Assembly (NCBI GenBank): GCA_027306785.1
Contig: DAHUZB010000025.1
Coordinates: 3,783-67,782 of the forward strand
Length of the DNA: 64,000 nucleotides
Source of the DNA: Vulcanimicrobiota bacterium
GTDB taxonomy: Bacteria; Vulcanimicrobiota; Vulcanimicrobiia; Vulcanimicrobiales; Vulcanimicrobiaceae
Reading direction: 5' to 3'
The translations under genes were made by a program, and so were the position numbers. Below the pieces are notes generated by a model. That model saw only the letters and a list, made by a program, of their open reading frames with translations, did not search any database and had not been told where the DNA came from. Below, in pieces: positions 21,627-31,226 of the stretch (positions are counted from its first letter, which is position 1; every line of letters begins with the position of its first letter).

Positions 21627-23095
21627 CCGCGCGGCGCTAGAGCGCTCTTCTTGCCGAGCACCGGTTCGTACGCGGCGAGCGCGCGCAGGCGGGCGGCGGC
21701 GTGGTCGACGATCGGAGCGGGGTAGTCGATCTGCATGAGCGGGCCGAGCTCCCACGGCGCGTGCAGATACTTGTCGGGCACGCCCGCGAGTTCGGGGATC
21801 ATCCGGCGAATGAAGGCGCCGGTGGGATCGAATTTCTTGCTCTGCAGCACCGGGTTGAAGACGCGAAAATACGGCGCGGCGTCAGTGCCGGTCGAGGCGG
21901 CCCATTGCCAGCCGCCGTTGTTCTGCGCGAGGTCGGCGTCGGCCAATCGCTGCTCGAAGTAGCGTTCGCCCCAGCGCCAATCGATCAGCAGATCCTTGGT
22001 GAGAAACGACGCGACGATCATGCGCAAACGATTGTGCATCCAGCCGGTCTCGTTGAGCTGCCGCATCGCGGCATCGACGATCGGGTAGCCGGTTTTCCCT
22101 TCGCACCAGCGCGCGAAGGCCGCACGGTCCTCGCTCCAGCGCAGGTTCCGTGCGGCGTGCACGAACGGTTCGCCGTCCACGTGCGGAAATTGCTTGAGAA
22201 TCATCTGGTAGAATTCACGCCAGATCAGTTCGTTGATCCACGTGTCGATCTGCTCGGCGTGACGCGAGCCGCGCTTGGCCGCAAAGGCGCGCGCGACGCA
22301 GGTACGGATACCGATCGTGCCCGCGCGCAGCTGCACCGAGAGATGCGAGGTGCCGTCGACGGCGGGCAGATCGCGCTCGTCGCGATAGCGCTCCGCGCCG
22401 CCGCCGCGCGCGAAGAACGCATCGAGCATCTCGAGCGCGACGGCTTCGCCGCACGCCGGATAGCGCGGCGAGGATTCGAAACCGAACGCTTCGGGCACGG
22501 GAAGATCGAGCGTGGCGCCGATCTCCGCGCGCGCGAGCAGCTTGCCTTCGATCGCGCGCTCCGAAGCGACCGGGAGCCGCGGCGCAAGCGCGTACCGATC
22601 GCGCCAGCGCCGCGCGTACGGCGTGAAGACCTTGTACGGCGCATCCGCATCCGTGCGAATCTCGTCGGCGCCGAAGACGACGTGATCGAGCAACGCGTGT
22701 GTCGCGATCCCGGCACGCGCGAGTGCCGCGCAGACGGCCGCATCGCGCGCCATCGCCGCCGGATCGTAGTCTTCGTTGAAGAAGACCGCGTCGGCGCGCA
22801 GGCGGGCCGCGAGTTCGGGAAGCGTGCGCTCGAATGCACCCTGCACGATCGCGAGATCGGATCCGCGCTCGCGTAGCTCGGCGCGCAGCACCGCGAGCGC
22901 ATCGAAAAACGCCTGCACGATCGGCGCCCCCACGCGCTCGCCCGCGAGCAGCGCCGGGTCCACGTTGAACGCGAGCACCACCTCGCGCGATGCCGACGCG
23001 GCGGCCGCGAGTGCCGTATTGTCGCGCAGGCGAAGATCGCGGCGCAACCAGAGAATCGAACGCGTATACTCCACGTGCTGTTCTTCCTTACACAT
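21623..23095 (-). CDS. phr: Deoxyribodipyrimidine photolyase
   Basis: ILWLRRDLRLRDNTAL, TGYPIVDAAMRQL and WQWAASTG motifs. Confidence 0.9.
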   Translation of the reverse strand: MCKEEQHVEYTRSILWLRRDLRLRDNTALAAAASASREVVLAFNVDPALLAGERVGAPIVQAFFDALAVLRAELRERGSDLAIVQGAFERTLPELAARLRADAVFFNEDYDPAAMARDAAVCAALARAGIATHALLDHVVFGADEIRTDADAPYKVFTPYARRWRDRYALAPRLPVASERAIEGKLLARAEIGATLDLPVPEAFGFESSPRYPACGEAVALEMLDAFFARGGGAERYRDERDLPAVDGTSHLSVQLRAGTIGIRTCVARAFAAKRGSRHAEQIDTWINELIWREFYQMILKQFPHVDGEPFVHAARNLRWSEDRAAFARWCEGKTGYPIVDAAMRQLNETGWMHNRLRMIVASFLTKDLLIDWRWGERYFEQRLADADLAQNNGGWQWAASTGTDAAPYFRVFNPVLQSKKFDPTGAFIRRMIPELAGVPDKYLHAPWELGPLMQIDYPAPIVDHAAARLRALAAYEPVLGKKSALAPRG

Positions 23096-23134
23096 CGCCC
23101 GAGGATCGATGAGCGGTAAGTGGAAAGCGCACGC

Positions 23135-24151
23135 ATGGCCCTCGCACTCTCCATCTCACGGCTTGCGCTCCCGCTCAAGCATCCCTTTAAGATTGCACGC
23201 GGCGAGGAGAGCGTTGCACGCACCGCGCTTTTTCGACTGCGCTCCGGCGACGCGGAGGGCTTGGGCGAAGCGACGCCGATCGCGCGCTACGGCGAATCGC
23301 TCGACACGGTCGAGGCGTACTTCGCCGCGAACCCGCTCGCGGCCGACGATCCGTTTCGCCTGGAGGCCCTGCTGCACGACGGCATTCCCGCCGCCGCGCG
23401 CGCGGGGCTGGACCTCGCGCTGCACGATCTGATCGGCAAGCTGCTCGGCAAACCGCTCTACGCGCTGCTCGGGCTCGATCCCGCGCGCACGCCGGTCACG
23501 TCGTTCACGATCGGTATCTCCGATCCCGAGACCACGCTGCGCAAGCTCGCCGAGATCGGCGACCATCCGGTGCTCAAGGTGAAGCTCGGGCTCGGCACGC
23601 CGCAGGAGCAGGTGGAGACGATCGCCGCGATCCGCGCGCGCTACACCGGCACGATCCGCATCGACGCGAACGAGGGCTGGAACGTGGAGAGCGCGGTCGC
23701 GATCCTGCACGAGTTGGAACGCCACGAGATCGAGTTCTGCGAGCAGCCGATCCCGGCCGGCTCGCCCGAGGGTCTGCGCGCGATTCGCGAACGGGTGAAG
23801 ATTCCGATCGTAACCGACGAGGATTCGCTCGTGGCGAGCGATCTGCCGCGCTTGATCGGCTGCGTCGACGGCATCAACGTGAAGCTCGCGAAGACCGGCG
23901 GCATTCGCGGCGCGCTGAAGATGATTCACACCGCGCGCGCGCTCGGCATGAAGATCATGCTCGGCTGCATGGTCGAAAGCACGATCGCCGCCAACGCCGC
24001 CGCGCACCTGTCGCCGCTCGTGGACTGGGCCGATATCGACGGCCCGTTCCTCACCGCCGAAGATCCGTTCGCGGGCATCGGCTACGATCACGGCAAGATC
24101 GTGCTCTCCGACGCACCCGGACTCGGCGTAACGGAACGCGTACGCGCGTGA
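23135..24151 (+). CDS. Enolase-superfamily dipeptide epimerase / N-acyl amino acid racemase-like
   Basis: IRIDANEGW, FCEQP and DED motifs. The start is set at the ATG at 23135 (MALALSISRL), which has GGAAAG upstream. The track's GTG at 23120 is an alternative. Confidence 0.85.
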   Translation: MALALSISRLALPLKHPFKIARGEESVARTALFRLRSGDAEGLGEATPIARYGESLDTVEAYFAANPLAADDPFRLEALLHDGIPAAARAGLDLALHDLIGKLLGKPLYALLGLDPARTPVTSFTIGISDPETTLRKLAEIGDHPVLKVKLGLGTPQEQVETIAAIRARYTGTIRIDANEGWNVESAVAILHELERHEIEFCEQPIPAGSPEGLRAIRERVKIPIVTDEDSLVASDLPRLIGCVDGINVKLAKTGGIRGALKMIHTARALGMKIMLGCMVESTIAANAAAHLSPLVDWADIDGPFLTAEDPFAGIGYDHGKIVLSDAPGLGVTERVRA

Positions 24152-25203
24152 GCCGCCGCTACGCGATCCTCGCGCCCGGACACTTCGCGCACGACGCGAA
24201 GACCGCGCACGGCGTGATCGCCTACTCGGCCGACGAGACGGTCGCGGTGATCGATCCCGCCTCCGCGGGCAGACGGGTGCGCGAGGCCGTGCCGTATCTG
24301 CGCAGCGACGCGCCGATCGTCGGCACCGTGCGCGAAGCGCTCGCGTTCGCGCCGAACGCGCTGCTGATCGGCACCGCGCCCAAAGGCGGCGCCTTGCCGC
24401 CGGATTGGCGTGCGGCGGTGCTCGAAGCGATCGATGCCGGACTCGAGATCGTAAGCGGCCTGCACGACATGCTCGGCGACGATCCGGAACTCTCGGCCGC
24501 CGCGCACGCGCGCGGCACGCGCATCTGGGACGTACGCAAACCGCCGCACACACCGATCTTTTCGGGCGCGGCGTACGAGGTGGCCGCGCCGACCGTGCTC
24601 TTCGTCGGCAACGACTGCGCGGTCGGCAAAATGACCGTCGCGCTCGAACTCGCGCGCGCCGCCGAACGCGCGGGCAAGAAGGCCGCCTTCGTGCCGACCG
24701 GACAGACCGGCATCATGATCGCCGGGTGGGGCATCGCGATCGATCGCGTGATCGCGGATTTCGCCCCCGGCGCAACCGAGCAGCTGGTGCTGCAGGCGGC
24801 GCGCTCGCACCCCGACGTGATCTTCGTCGAAGGCCAAGGCGCGATCAATCACCCCGCCTATGCCCCGGTCACGCTCGCGTTGATGTACGGCGCGGCACCC
24901 GACGCGCTCGTGCTCGTGTGCGATCCCGCGCGCGCGCACATCGAGAGCTATCGCACGCCGACGCTCGCGTATCGCGAACTGATTCGCCTGCACGAGGCGC
25001 TGCTCGCGACCGTGAAGCCCGCGCGTGTCGTCGGCATCGCGCTCAACACCCGCAAACTCGACGACGACGGCGCCCGCGCCGCTATCGCGAGCGCGCGCGA
25101 CGCCACGCAGCTTCCCGTCGACGACGTGGTGCGTTTCGGACCTGACGCGCTCTACGCCGCTATCGCCCCGCATCTCCGCAAAGGAACGCCATGCGCAGAG
25201 TAA
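24148..25203 (+). CDS. DUF1611 family protein (DgcN-like putative D-glutamate N-acetyltransferase)
   Basis: The sequence pattern (..VGNDCAVGKMT.., ..VEGQGAINHPAY..) and its adjacency to an epimerase are typical of DUF1611. GTGA overlap with the upstream gene. Confidence 0.75.
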   Translation: MSRRYAILAPGHFAHDAKTAHGVIAYSADETVAVIDPASAGRRVREAVPYLRSDAPIVGTVREALAFAPNALLIGTAPKGGALPPDWRAAVLEAIDAGLEIVSGLHDMLGDDPELSAAAHARGTRIWDVRKPPHTPIFSGAAYEVAAPTVLFVGNDCAVGKMTVALELARAAERAGKKAAFVPTGQTGIMIAGWGIAIDRVIADFAPGATEQLVLQAARSHPDVIFVEGQGAINHPAYAPVTLALMYGAAPDALVLVCDPARAHIESYRTPTLAYRELIRLHEALLATVKPARVVGIALNTRKLDDDGARAAIASARDATQLPVDDVVRFGPDALYAAIAPHLRKGTPCAE

Positions 25204-26801
25204 TCACCGCCCTGCTCCTCGTCGCCCTCGCCGCGTGCACGAAGGTCAACACCGCCACGGTCGGCGGGCACAATTCGTGGACGATTCCCGGCGTACTGCG
25301 CTTGGGCGAACAGGAAGAGCCCGACAGCCTGAACCTGATGTTCGGCAACAACGCCGCGACCGACGAGATCGACGCGCTGCTCTTCTCGTCGCTGCTGCGC
25401 TACGACGACAAGGGCAACTACATTCCCGATCTCGCGACCGAGGTGCCGACGAAGGCGAACGGCGGCATCAGCAAAGACGGCCTGACGATCACGGTGCACC
25501 TGCGGCACAACGCACGCTGGTCCGACGGCGCGCCGGTGACCGCGGCGGACTGGCTCTTCACCTATCACGCGGTGCTCAATCCGAAGAACAACATCAAATC
25601 GGATTACGGCTGGACCGAGATCAAATCGGCCGAGGCGCCCAATCCGTACACGCTCGTGATCCACTTGAAAGAGCCGAGCGTCGCCGCGTTCGACATTCTG
25701 ACGATGGGCGGAACCGCCTATCCGCCGCTGCCCGCGCATCTGCTCGCGAAGCTGCCCGACATCAATCACGCCGCCTTCAACGAACATCCGATCTCGAGCG
25801 GACCGTTCGAATTGCAGGCGTGGAATCACGGCTCGTCGCTCGTCTTCGTGCCGAATCCGTATTACTGGCGCGGCCCCGCTCATCTGAAGAAGCTGATCTG
25901 GAAGATCATCCCCGACACGAACACGCTCTTCAACGAATTGCAGTCGCACGAGATCGACGCGTACCGCAACGTGGAGACCAACCAGATCCAGCGCCTGGGC
26001 TCGATTCAGGGCATCACCGTGCTGCATCGGACGATCGCGAACTGGCGCCATCTCGGCATCAACATGAGCCGCCCGCAATTGAGCGACGTGCGCGTGCGCG
26101 AGGCAATTTCCGAAGCGATCGACTGGAAACAGATCAACGATACGATCTATCACGGCGTGAATCGGCTCGCCGTCTCGGATGTCTTCCCCGAACTCTGGGC
26201 CGCCCCGAAGCTTCCGCCGTACACGTACGATCCGGCGCACGCGAAGCAATTGCTCGCCGAGGCAGGGTGGAAGATGGGCCCCGACGGCGTGCTGCACAAG
26301 GGCAATCTCGCGATGCATCTCACGATCGCATCGACCACGTCGGAGAAGAGCAACGAGACGACCGAGGTGCTGATTCAATCGGTGCTCAAGCCGCTCGGCA
26401 TCGCGATCTCGATCCGCAACTATCCGCCGAGCCTGCTCTTCTCGCGCGAAGGACCGATCTACACCGGCAAATACGATCTCGAGTGGTCGATCGACACCAA
26501 CGGTCCCGATCCCGATAACGCGGGCATGTGGAACTCGGCGTACATTCCGCCGCACGGCGCGAACACGTCGTGGCTGCGCGATCCGATCGTCGATCGCACC
26601 AGCATCGCGGCCCAGCGCACCTACGATCAAGCCGTGCGCAAGAAGCTCTACCAGCAGGAAGAGACGCGCATCCGGCAACTGGTGCCCGCGATCTTCTTCT
26701 ACTGGGAGACGTCGTACTACGGCATCAACAGCGACTTCAAGAACTTCAAGCCGGCGGCTTTCTTGGCCGATACGTGGAACGCATGGGAGTGGCAGATCTA
26801 A
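25191..26801 (+). CDS. ABC transporter substrate-binding lipoprotein, family 5 (peptide/nickel type)
   Basis: Lipobox LAAC after the signal peptide. The sequence is OppA/DppA-like. No permease or ATPase genes are nearby. Confidence 0.88.
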   Translation: MRRVITALLLVALAACTKVNTATVGGHNSWTIPGVLRLGEQEEPDSLNLMFGNNAATDEIDALLFSSLLRYDDKGNYIPDLATEVPTKANGGISKDGLTITVHLRHNARWSDGAPVTAADWLFTYHAVLNPKNNIKSDYGWTEIKSAEAPNPYTLVIHLKEPSVAAFDILTMGGTAYPPLPAHLLAKLPDINHAAFNEHPISSGPFELQAWNHGSSLVFVPNPYYWRGPAHLKKLIWKIIPDTNTLFNELQSHEIDAYRNVETNQIQRLGSIQGITVLHRTIANWRHLGINMSRPQLSDVRVREAISEAIDWKQINDTIYHGVNRLAVSDVFPELWAAPKLPPYTYDPAHAKQLLAEAGWKMGPDGVLHKGNLAMHLTIASTTSEKSNETTEVLIQSVLKPLGIAISIRNYPPSLLFSREGPIYTGKYDLEWSIDTNGPDPDNAGMWNSAYIPPHGANTSWLRDPIVDRTSIAAQRTYDQAVRKKLYQQEETRIRQLVPAIFFYWETSYYGINSDFKNFKPAAFLADTWNAWEWQI

Positions 26802-27685
26802 CCGGCTTCGCGCAGCTGCTGAACGTACGCGGTTCGGCGCGGTTGCAATTCGCGCCGACCCACCGCGGCGTGCTGAGCTGGAACAGCTACACCGACGCCG
26901 GATTGCTGCGCTTTCGGCTGCTGCAGGCGAACGCGCCCGCGACGCATTGGTACGACTACGCCGACTGGCATCCGAGCGGACGCAAATCGTTCAGTCCGGC
27001 GAGCGATCGCGAAGGCATCCACGTGGATATCGACGTGATCAATTCGGAGCGTCCGTTCGACGGGATCGAGATCGCCGCGCCCGACGTGGAGTTCAACCTG
27101 ATCGCCTTCGCGGCGCCGACGCGCACGCAGCCGTCGCTTCCGTACGCGCGCGATGCCCGCATCCTCGACGTGCCCGCGCGCTCGCAGTACGTGGTGGAAG
27201 GCGAACGCGGCTGGTGCAGTCCGACGAGCCTCTGCATGCTCAACGCGTATCACGGGATCGAGATCGGCGTGGAGGAGACCGCGCGCGCCGTCTTCGATCG
27301 CGCGTACAACGGCACCGGTAACTGGGCGTTCAACACCGCGTTCAGCGGAAGTCTCGGCCTGCGCGCGGTCGTCGCGTATCTGCGCAATCTCGATCACGCG
27401 CAGCGTTTGATCGAACGCAACATTCCGATCGCGATCTCGTACTCGTGGAGCGACGGCGAACTGCCCAACGCCCCGCTCGAACACTCCAACGGCCATCTGG
27501 CGGTGCTCTGCGGCTTCACCTCCGACGGCGATTGCGCGGTGAACGATCCCGCCGCGCCGGGCGTGCGCGTGGTCTACCCGCGCGCCGCGCTCGAGGCTGT
27601 GTGGCAGCGCAGCAGCGGCGGCGCCGCGTACGTGGTGGCGCCGGTCGGCGTGGAGTACGCCGACGTCCTCGCCGCGCCCGCATGA
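26783..27685 (+). CDS. Papain-fold C39-like peptidase with an N-terminal uncharacterised domain
   Basis: Cys motif GWCSPTSLCMLNAYHG and His motif SNGHLAVLCGF. There is no signal peptide. The start is uncertain: ATG 26783 overlaps the substrate-binding protein gene by 19 nt, and GTG 26789 is also possible. Confidence 0.6.
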   Translation: MGVADLTGFAQLLNVRGSARLQFAPTHRGVLSWNSYTDAGLLRFRLLQANAPATHWYDYADWHPSGRKSFSPASDREGIHVDIDVINSERPFDGIEIAAPDVEFNLIAFAAPTRTQPSLPYARDARILDVPARSQYVVEGERGWCSPTSLCMLNAYHGIEIGVEETARAVFDRAYNGTGNWAFNTAFSGSLGLRAVVAYLRNLDHAQRLIERNIPIAISYSWSDGELPNAPLEHSNGHLAVLCGFTSDGDCAVNDPAAPGVRVVYPRAALEAVWQRSSGGAAYVVAPVGVEYADVLAAPA

Positions 27686-28209
27686 GCCGTTCGATCGCAC
27701 AGCCACACGAACGCGTGACGCAGCTCGTCGACGTGGAGGATGCGCCGCTGCATCTGGTGCTCGTGGAGCCGGAGATTCCGCCGAACACCGGCAACGTGGC
27801 GCGCCTGTGCGCCGCGACCGGCTGCGCGCTGCACCTGGTGGAGCCGCTCGGCTTTCGCATCGACGATCGCGAACTCAAGCGCGCCGGTTTGGATTACTGG
27901 CACGCGCTCGGCGTCGTTATGCATCCGTCGCTCGATGCGTTTCTCGCCGCGACCGCGCAGAAACGCCGCTGGTTTTTCTCCGCCAAAGCCGAACGCGGCT
28001 ATGCCGAGGTGCGTTACGAACGCGGCGACATGCTCGTGTTCGGGCGCGAAACGAAGGGTCTGCCGAGCGAGCTCACCGCTCGCGAACACGAGCGAACGCT
28101 GCGCATTCCGATGCGCCCGCAGAGCGTACGCAGCATCAATCTCTCCACCGCCGTCGGCATCGCCGCGTACGGCGCGCTGGCCAAACTCGGCTTTCCCGGA
28201 CTCGCGTGA
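27682..28209 (+). CDS. trmL: tRNA (cytidine/uridine-2'-O)-methyltransferase TrmL (SpoU family)
   Basis: EPEIPPNTGNVARLCAATG and SINLSTAVGIA motifs. ATGA overlap with the upstream stop. Confidence 0.85.
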   Translation: MSRSIAQPHERVTQLVDVEDAPLHLVLVEPEIPPNTGNVARLCAATGCALHLVEPLGFRIDDRELKRAGLDYWHALGVVMHPSLDAFLAATAQKRRWFFSAKAERGYAEVRYERGDMLVFGRETKGLPSELTAREHERTLRIPMRPQSVRSINLSTAVGIAAYGALAKLGFPGLA

Positions 28210-28973
28210 GCTATCGCCCGACGCACGCGGATTTCAACGCGCTTTTTCGCGGCAAGGTCTACGGCAACTACGACATCTTCACCGCGCGTTCGTACGCCGA
28301 TTTCGTGCGCCGCAACGACGTGGACTTGGAGCGCGCGATCAGCCTCTTCGACGAACAGCTGATCGGTACGATCGTCTTCGCGCAGCGCAGCGAACGCGCA
28401 TGGCTCTCGCTCATGGGCGTGCGGCCCGAGCTGCGCGGCCAAGGCTACGGCAAACGTCTCTTCGGTGCCGCCGTCGATGCCGTGATCGCCGCGGGCGCCC
28501 GCAGCATCGAATTCGAGGTGGTACAGCGCAACGCGGCCGCCATCGCCATGTATCGCGGCTTCGGCTTCACACCGGTAGACGAGCTGTTTGTCTGGTCGCG
28601 CAAGGCGCAGCGCGGTGGGTCGAGCGACCTCCGCTTCGGGCGGATGAGTGAATCGCGCATCCGCAGTCTTGTGCACGCGCCGCCGACGTGCTGGCAACGC
28701 GATCCCGTCGCGATCGCCCGCGCGACGCCGCTCGCGCTGATTCAAGTGGAGGGCGCCTATGCGTTCCTGCGCATGCGTGGCGAGAACGGCGTGCTCGTGG
28801 ACGCAGGCGCGCGCGATATCGCTACGGCGCACGCCCTCGTCGCCGAGATGGACCGCCAAGCCGCCTGCGACCTCACACTCCTCAACGAGCCGGCATCATC
28901 GCCGCTCTCCGCAGCCATGCGCGAAGCGGGTTGGCGCATCGCCGAGCGACAGCATCGCATGATGCGCACGTGA
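28206..28973 (+). CDS. GNAT-family N-acetyltransferase with a C-terminal extra domain
   Basis: Acetyl-CoA motif VRPELRGQGYGKRLF. The GTG start at 28206 forms a GTGA overlap with the trmL stop. Confidence 0.65.
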   Translation: MSYRPTHADFNALFRGKVYGNYDIFTARSYADFVRRNDVDLERAISLFDEQLIGTIVFAQRSERAWLSLMGVRPELRGQGYGKRLFGAAVDAVIAAGARSIEFEVVQRNAAAIAMYRGFGFTPVDELFVWSRKAQRGGSSDLRFGRMSESRIRSLVHAPPTCWQRDPVAIARATPLALIQVEGAYAFLRMRGENGVLVDAGARDIATAHALVAEMDRQAACDLTLLNEPASSPLSAAMREAGWRIAERQHRMMRT

Positions 28974-29141
28974 TCGGCAGCGATCGCTTTATTTCGCAGA
29001 GGTCGTCAAATAGGGCACTCACAGCTATCTTTGGCGTCCGCTTCAGGATCGAGGCCACGCGCACTAAACGCCTTCAGCGCTCTCTTCATGCGCGAATCCA
29101 GCGGCATTCGACGCCGTTCAAGTTGCACGCAAAAAGCCTCG

Positions 29142-29705
29142 CTACTCCCTGACTCCACGTAAACGCTTTAGCAACATGAATCCGATGAGCATCTGGGCAA
29201 TCGAGATGCCAATGATCGATGTGATCACGATAAGGATGAGTCGGTCCGCCGACCCTGGTTCGTGCGTGCCTACATCGATCGCGACGCCGTAGTAGAAGTG
29301 AGCGATCGTGACAGCGGACGCAACAGCTACGCCGCATGAGCCAAACGCGATCAAGCCCTTGCAGGTTCGTGCACTGTAAGCCGGAGCTCTCGTAAATGAC
29401 TCAATACTCGATGTCAGGGCGTGATCGGAATCGAGGGCTAGACCGCACTCCGGGCAATTCACGAAGATACGAAACGACCACCACGGTAGCGCCTTTTTCG
29501 AGTTCGCAACGGAAAGCAGCTGCGTTCCGCAGCGCGCGCATCTAAGACTCATGAGATAGATGATTGGCGACCCGCATAATATCATTATTAAGATAGCTTC
29601 CGTACCGTCGAGGTTCGCAGCGGTTGCCGTAATAATAAGTGCGAGCCCGATCAGCGGCAACAATCTCAAGTAGGCGCTAAAGAACACGAATAACTTGTAT
29701 CGCAT
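29142..29705 (-). CDS. Hypothetical four-TM membrane protein with a CxxC...CPxC zinc-ribbon loop
   Basis: The start is set at MRYKLFVFF (ATG complement 29703-29705). It contains CARCG..(17 aa)..CPECG between TM2 and TM3. The gene is visibly more AT-rich than its surroundings. Confidence 0.45.
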   Translation of the reverse strand: MRYKLFVFFSAYLRLLPLIGLALIITATAANLDGTEAILIMILCGSPIIYLMSLRCARCGTQLLSVANSKKALPWWSFRIFVNCPECGLALDSDHALTSSIESFTRAPAYSARTCKGLIAFGSCGVAVASAVTIAHFYYGVAIDVGTHEPGSADRLILIVITSIIGISIAQMLIGFMLLKRLRGVRE

Positions 29706-29955
29706 GAACCGTCCTACCAGCCAGGGAGAGAGCGGGGAAAATCGACTTGAACTTGCGCGGGAACGCTTGCGCTTGCCGAGAGATGCGCACCGCCCGGCGT
29801 CGGACGCGGATATGGAAGACACCGAGGCGACGAAGCGACTAGAAGCCTGGCCGCCATGTACGCCCGAAAGGCTGCCGATGACCTGCAGCCACCGCTCGTT
29901 ATGATTCCTAAGGACGACCCAAACGTTGACTTAGGTCGTCAACTCCCGCGGCGTT

Positions 29956-31164
29956 CTACGCGCGTGCGAGCGCTTTTGGTTTCGGCATTGCGAACGAGCC
30001 GACGAAGGCGAGGAGTGCGAAGAACGCGATCGTTGTGAAGACGGCGACGAGACCACGCGTGTCGCCGATCCAGCCGAACATCGGCGCGGCGAGACCGCCG
30101 ATCGTGTTGGCGAGGCCGAGCGTAACGCCCGAGGCGATGCCGATGTGCTTGGGCAGATACTCCTGACCGATCACGACGAGTACGCCCGCCGAGAGCCCGA
30201 GCGAGATGCCGAAGCCGAGTGCAAGCACGCCGACGAGCGCGTAGATGGGTGCGTGCGTTCCGGCGAGCGCGATGAAGGCGCCGAACGTGGTGGTGAGCGC
30301 GAGCGAAAGCACGACCACGCGGCGGCGGTCGATGCGATCGGCGAGACGTCCGCCGAACATCGTGCCGATCGCGCCGCCGATGAGCAGCAGGAAGAGCGCG
30401 AACGATGCGAGCGTGGGATTCACGTGCGCGACGCGGATCGCGAAGATCGGCGTGAACGTCACCGCGGCGAGGAAGGTCATCGAGCGAAGCGCCACCACGA
30501 TCGTCATGATGGAGAAGCTGCGCCAGTCGTCGCTTCCGGCGCGCTCGGTATGCGCGTGATGCGCGACTTTGCGCACCGCTTCGAAACGCGGCAGTTCGCG
30601 CCAGAGCAGCACCGCGACCACGATCGCGGGCACGAGCAAGAACGCGACGCCCGGCAATCCGAAGAGCATGATGAGCGGCGTCGTGAGCACCGGGCCCATC
30701 GCAAAGCCGAGATAGCCGCCGACGGTGAAGAGGCTCATGCCCGACGCGCGCTTTTTGCCCGCGAAGTAATTCGAGAAGCGCGAGCCTTCGGGATGGAATG
30801 CGGCGACGCCGACGCCGGAGATCACGGCGCCGAGAAACATCAGCGGTAGATTCGGCGCCAGGCCGATCAGCGCGGTGCCCGCGGTCGCCACCACGATCGC
30901 GCAGGGGATCACCCACGCGAGCGAGCGCTTGTCGGAGAGATACCCGAAGAGCGGCTGCACCACCGACGAGAGCAGATTCATCGCGAGCACCAGGGTAGCC
31001 GCGAGCGCCAGGTTGAGCCCGCGGTGACTCACGAGCCAAGGGATCATCACCGGGAGCACGCTCTGGTTGATGTCGTTCACCAAGTGGGCGACGGTGAGGA
31101 TGGAGAGCCCGGCCCGGTCGGTCGAGGAATCGGATGCGGGAATCGTTGTCGCGGCGGCAGCCAT
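29956..31164 (-). CDS. MFS transporter (Fsr/fosmidomycin-resistance-like)
   Basis: 12-TM pattern with the N-terminal HLVNDINQSVLPVMIPWL. Confidence 0.85.
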   Translation of the reverse strand: MAAAATTIPASDSSTDRAGLSILTVAHLVNDINQSVLPVMIPWLVSHRGLNLALAATLVLAMNLLSSVVQPLFGYLSDKRSLAWVIPCAIVVATAGTALIGLAPNLPLMFLGAVISGVGVAAFHPEGSRFSNYFAGKKRASGMSLFTVGGYLGFAMGPVLTTPLIMLFGLPGVAFLLVPAIVVAVLLWRELPRFEAVRKVAHHAHTERAGSDDWRSFSIMTIVVALRSMTFLAAVTFTPIFAIRVAHVNPTLASFALFLLLIGGAIGTMFGGRLADRIDRRRVVVLSLALTTTFGAFIALAGTHAPIYALVGVLALGFGISLGLSAGVLVVIGQEYLPKHIGIASGVTLGLANTIGGLAAPMFGWIGDTRGLVAVFTTIAFFALLAFVGSFAMPKPKALARA

Positions 31165-31226
31165 GATCCCATCTTGCCATCCCCGGAATCATAAGTCCAA
31201 TAGATTATTCTGCTGACTTTGATAAG

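Noticed and set aside
25152-26678. A 508-aa minus-strand ORF.
   Set aside because: It is antisense to the well-supported family-5 solute-binding protein gene. Its composition is a high-GC artefact.
29006-29089. A 27-aa minus-strand mini-ORF (MKRALKAFSARGLDPEADAKDSCECPI) in the AT-richer gap.
   Set aside because: It is too short, with no Shine-Dalgarno sequence and no way to check conservation. It cannot be supported from sequence alone.
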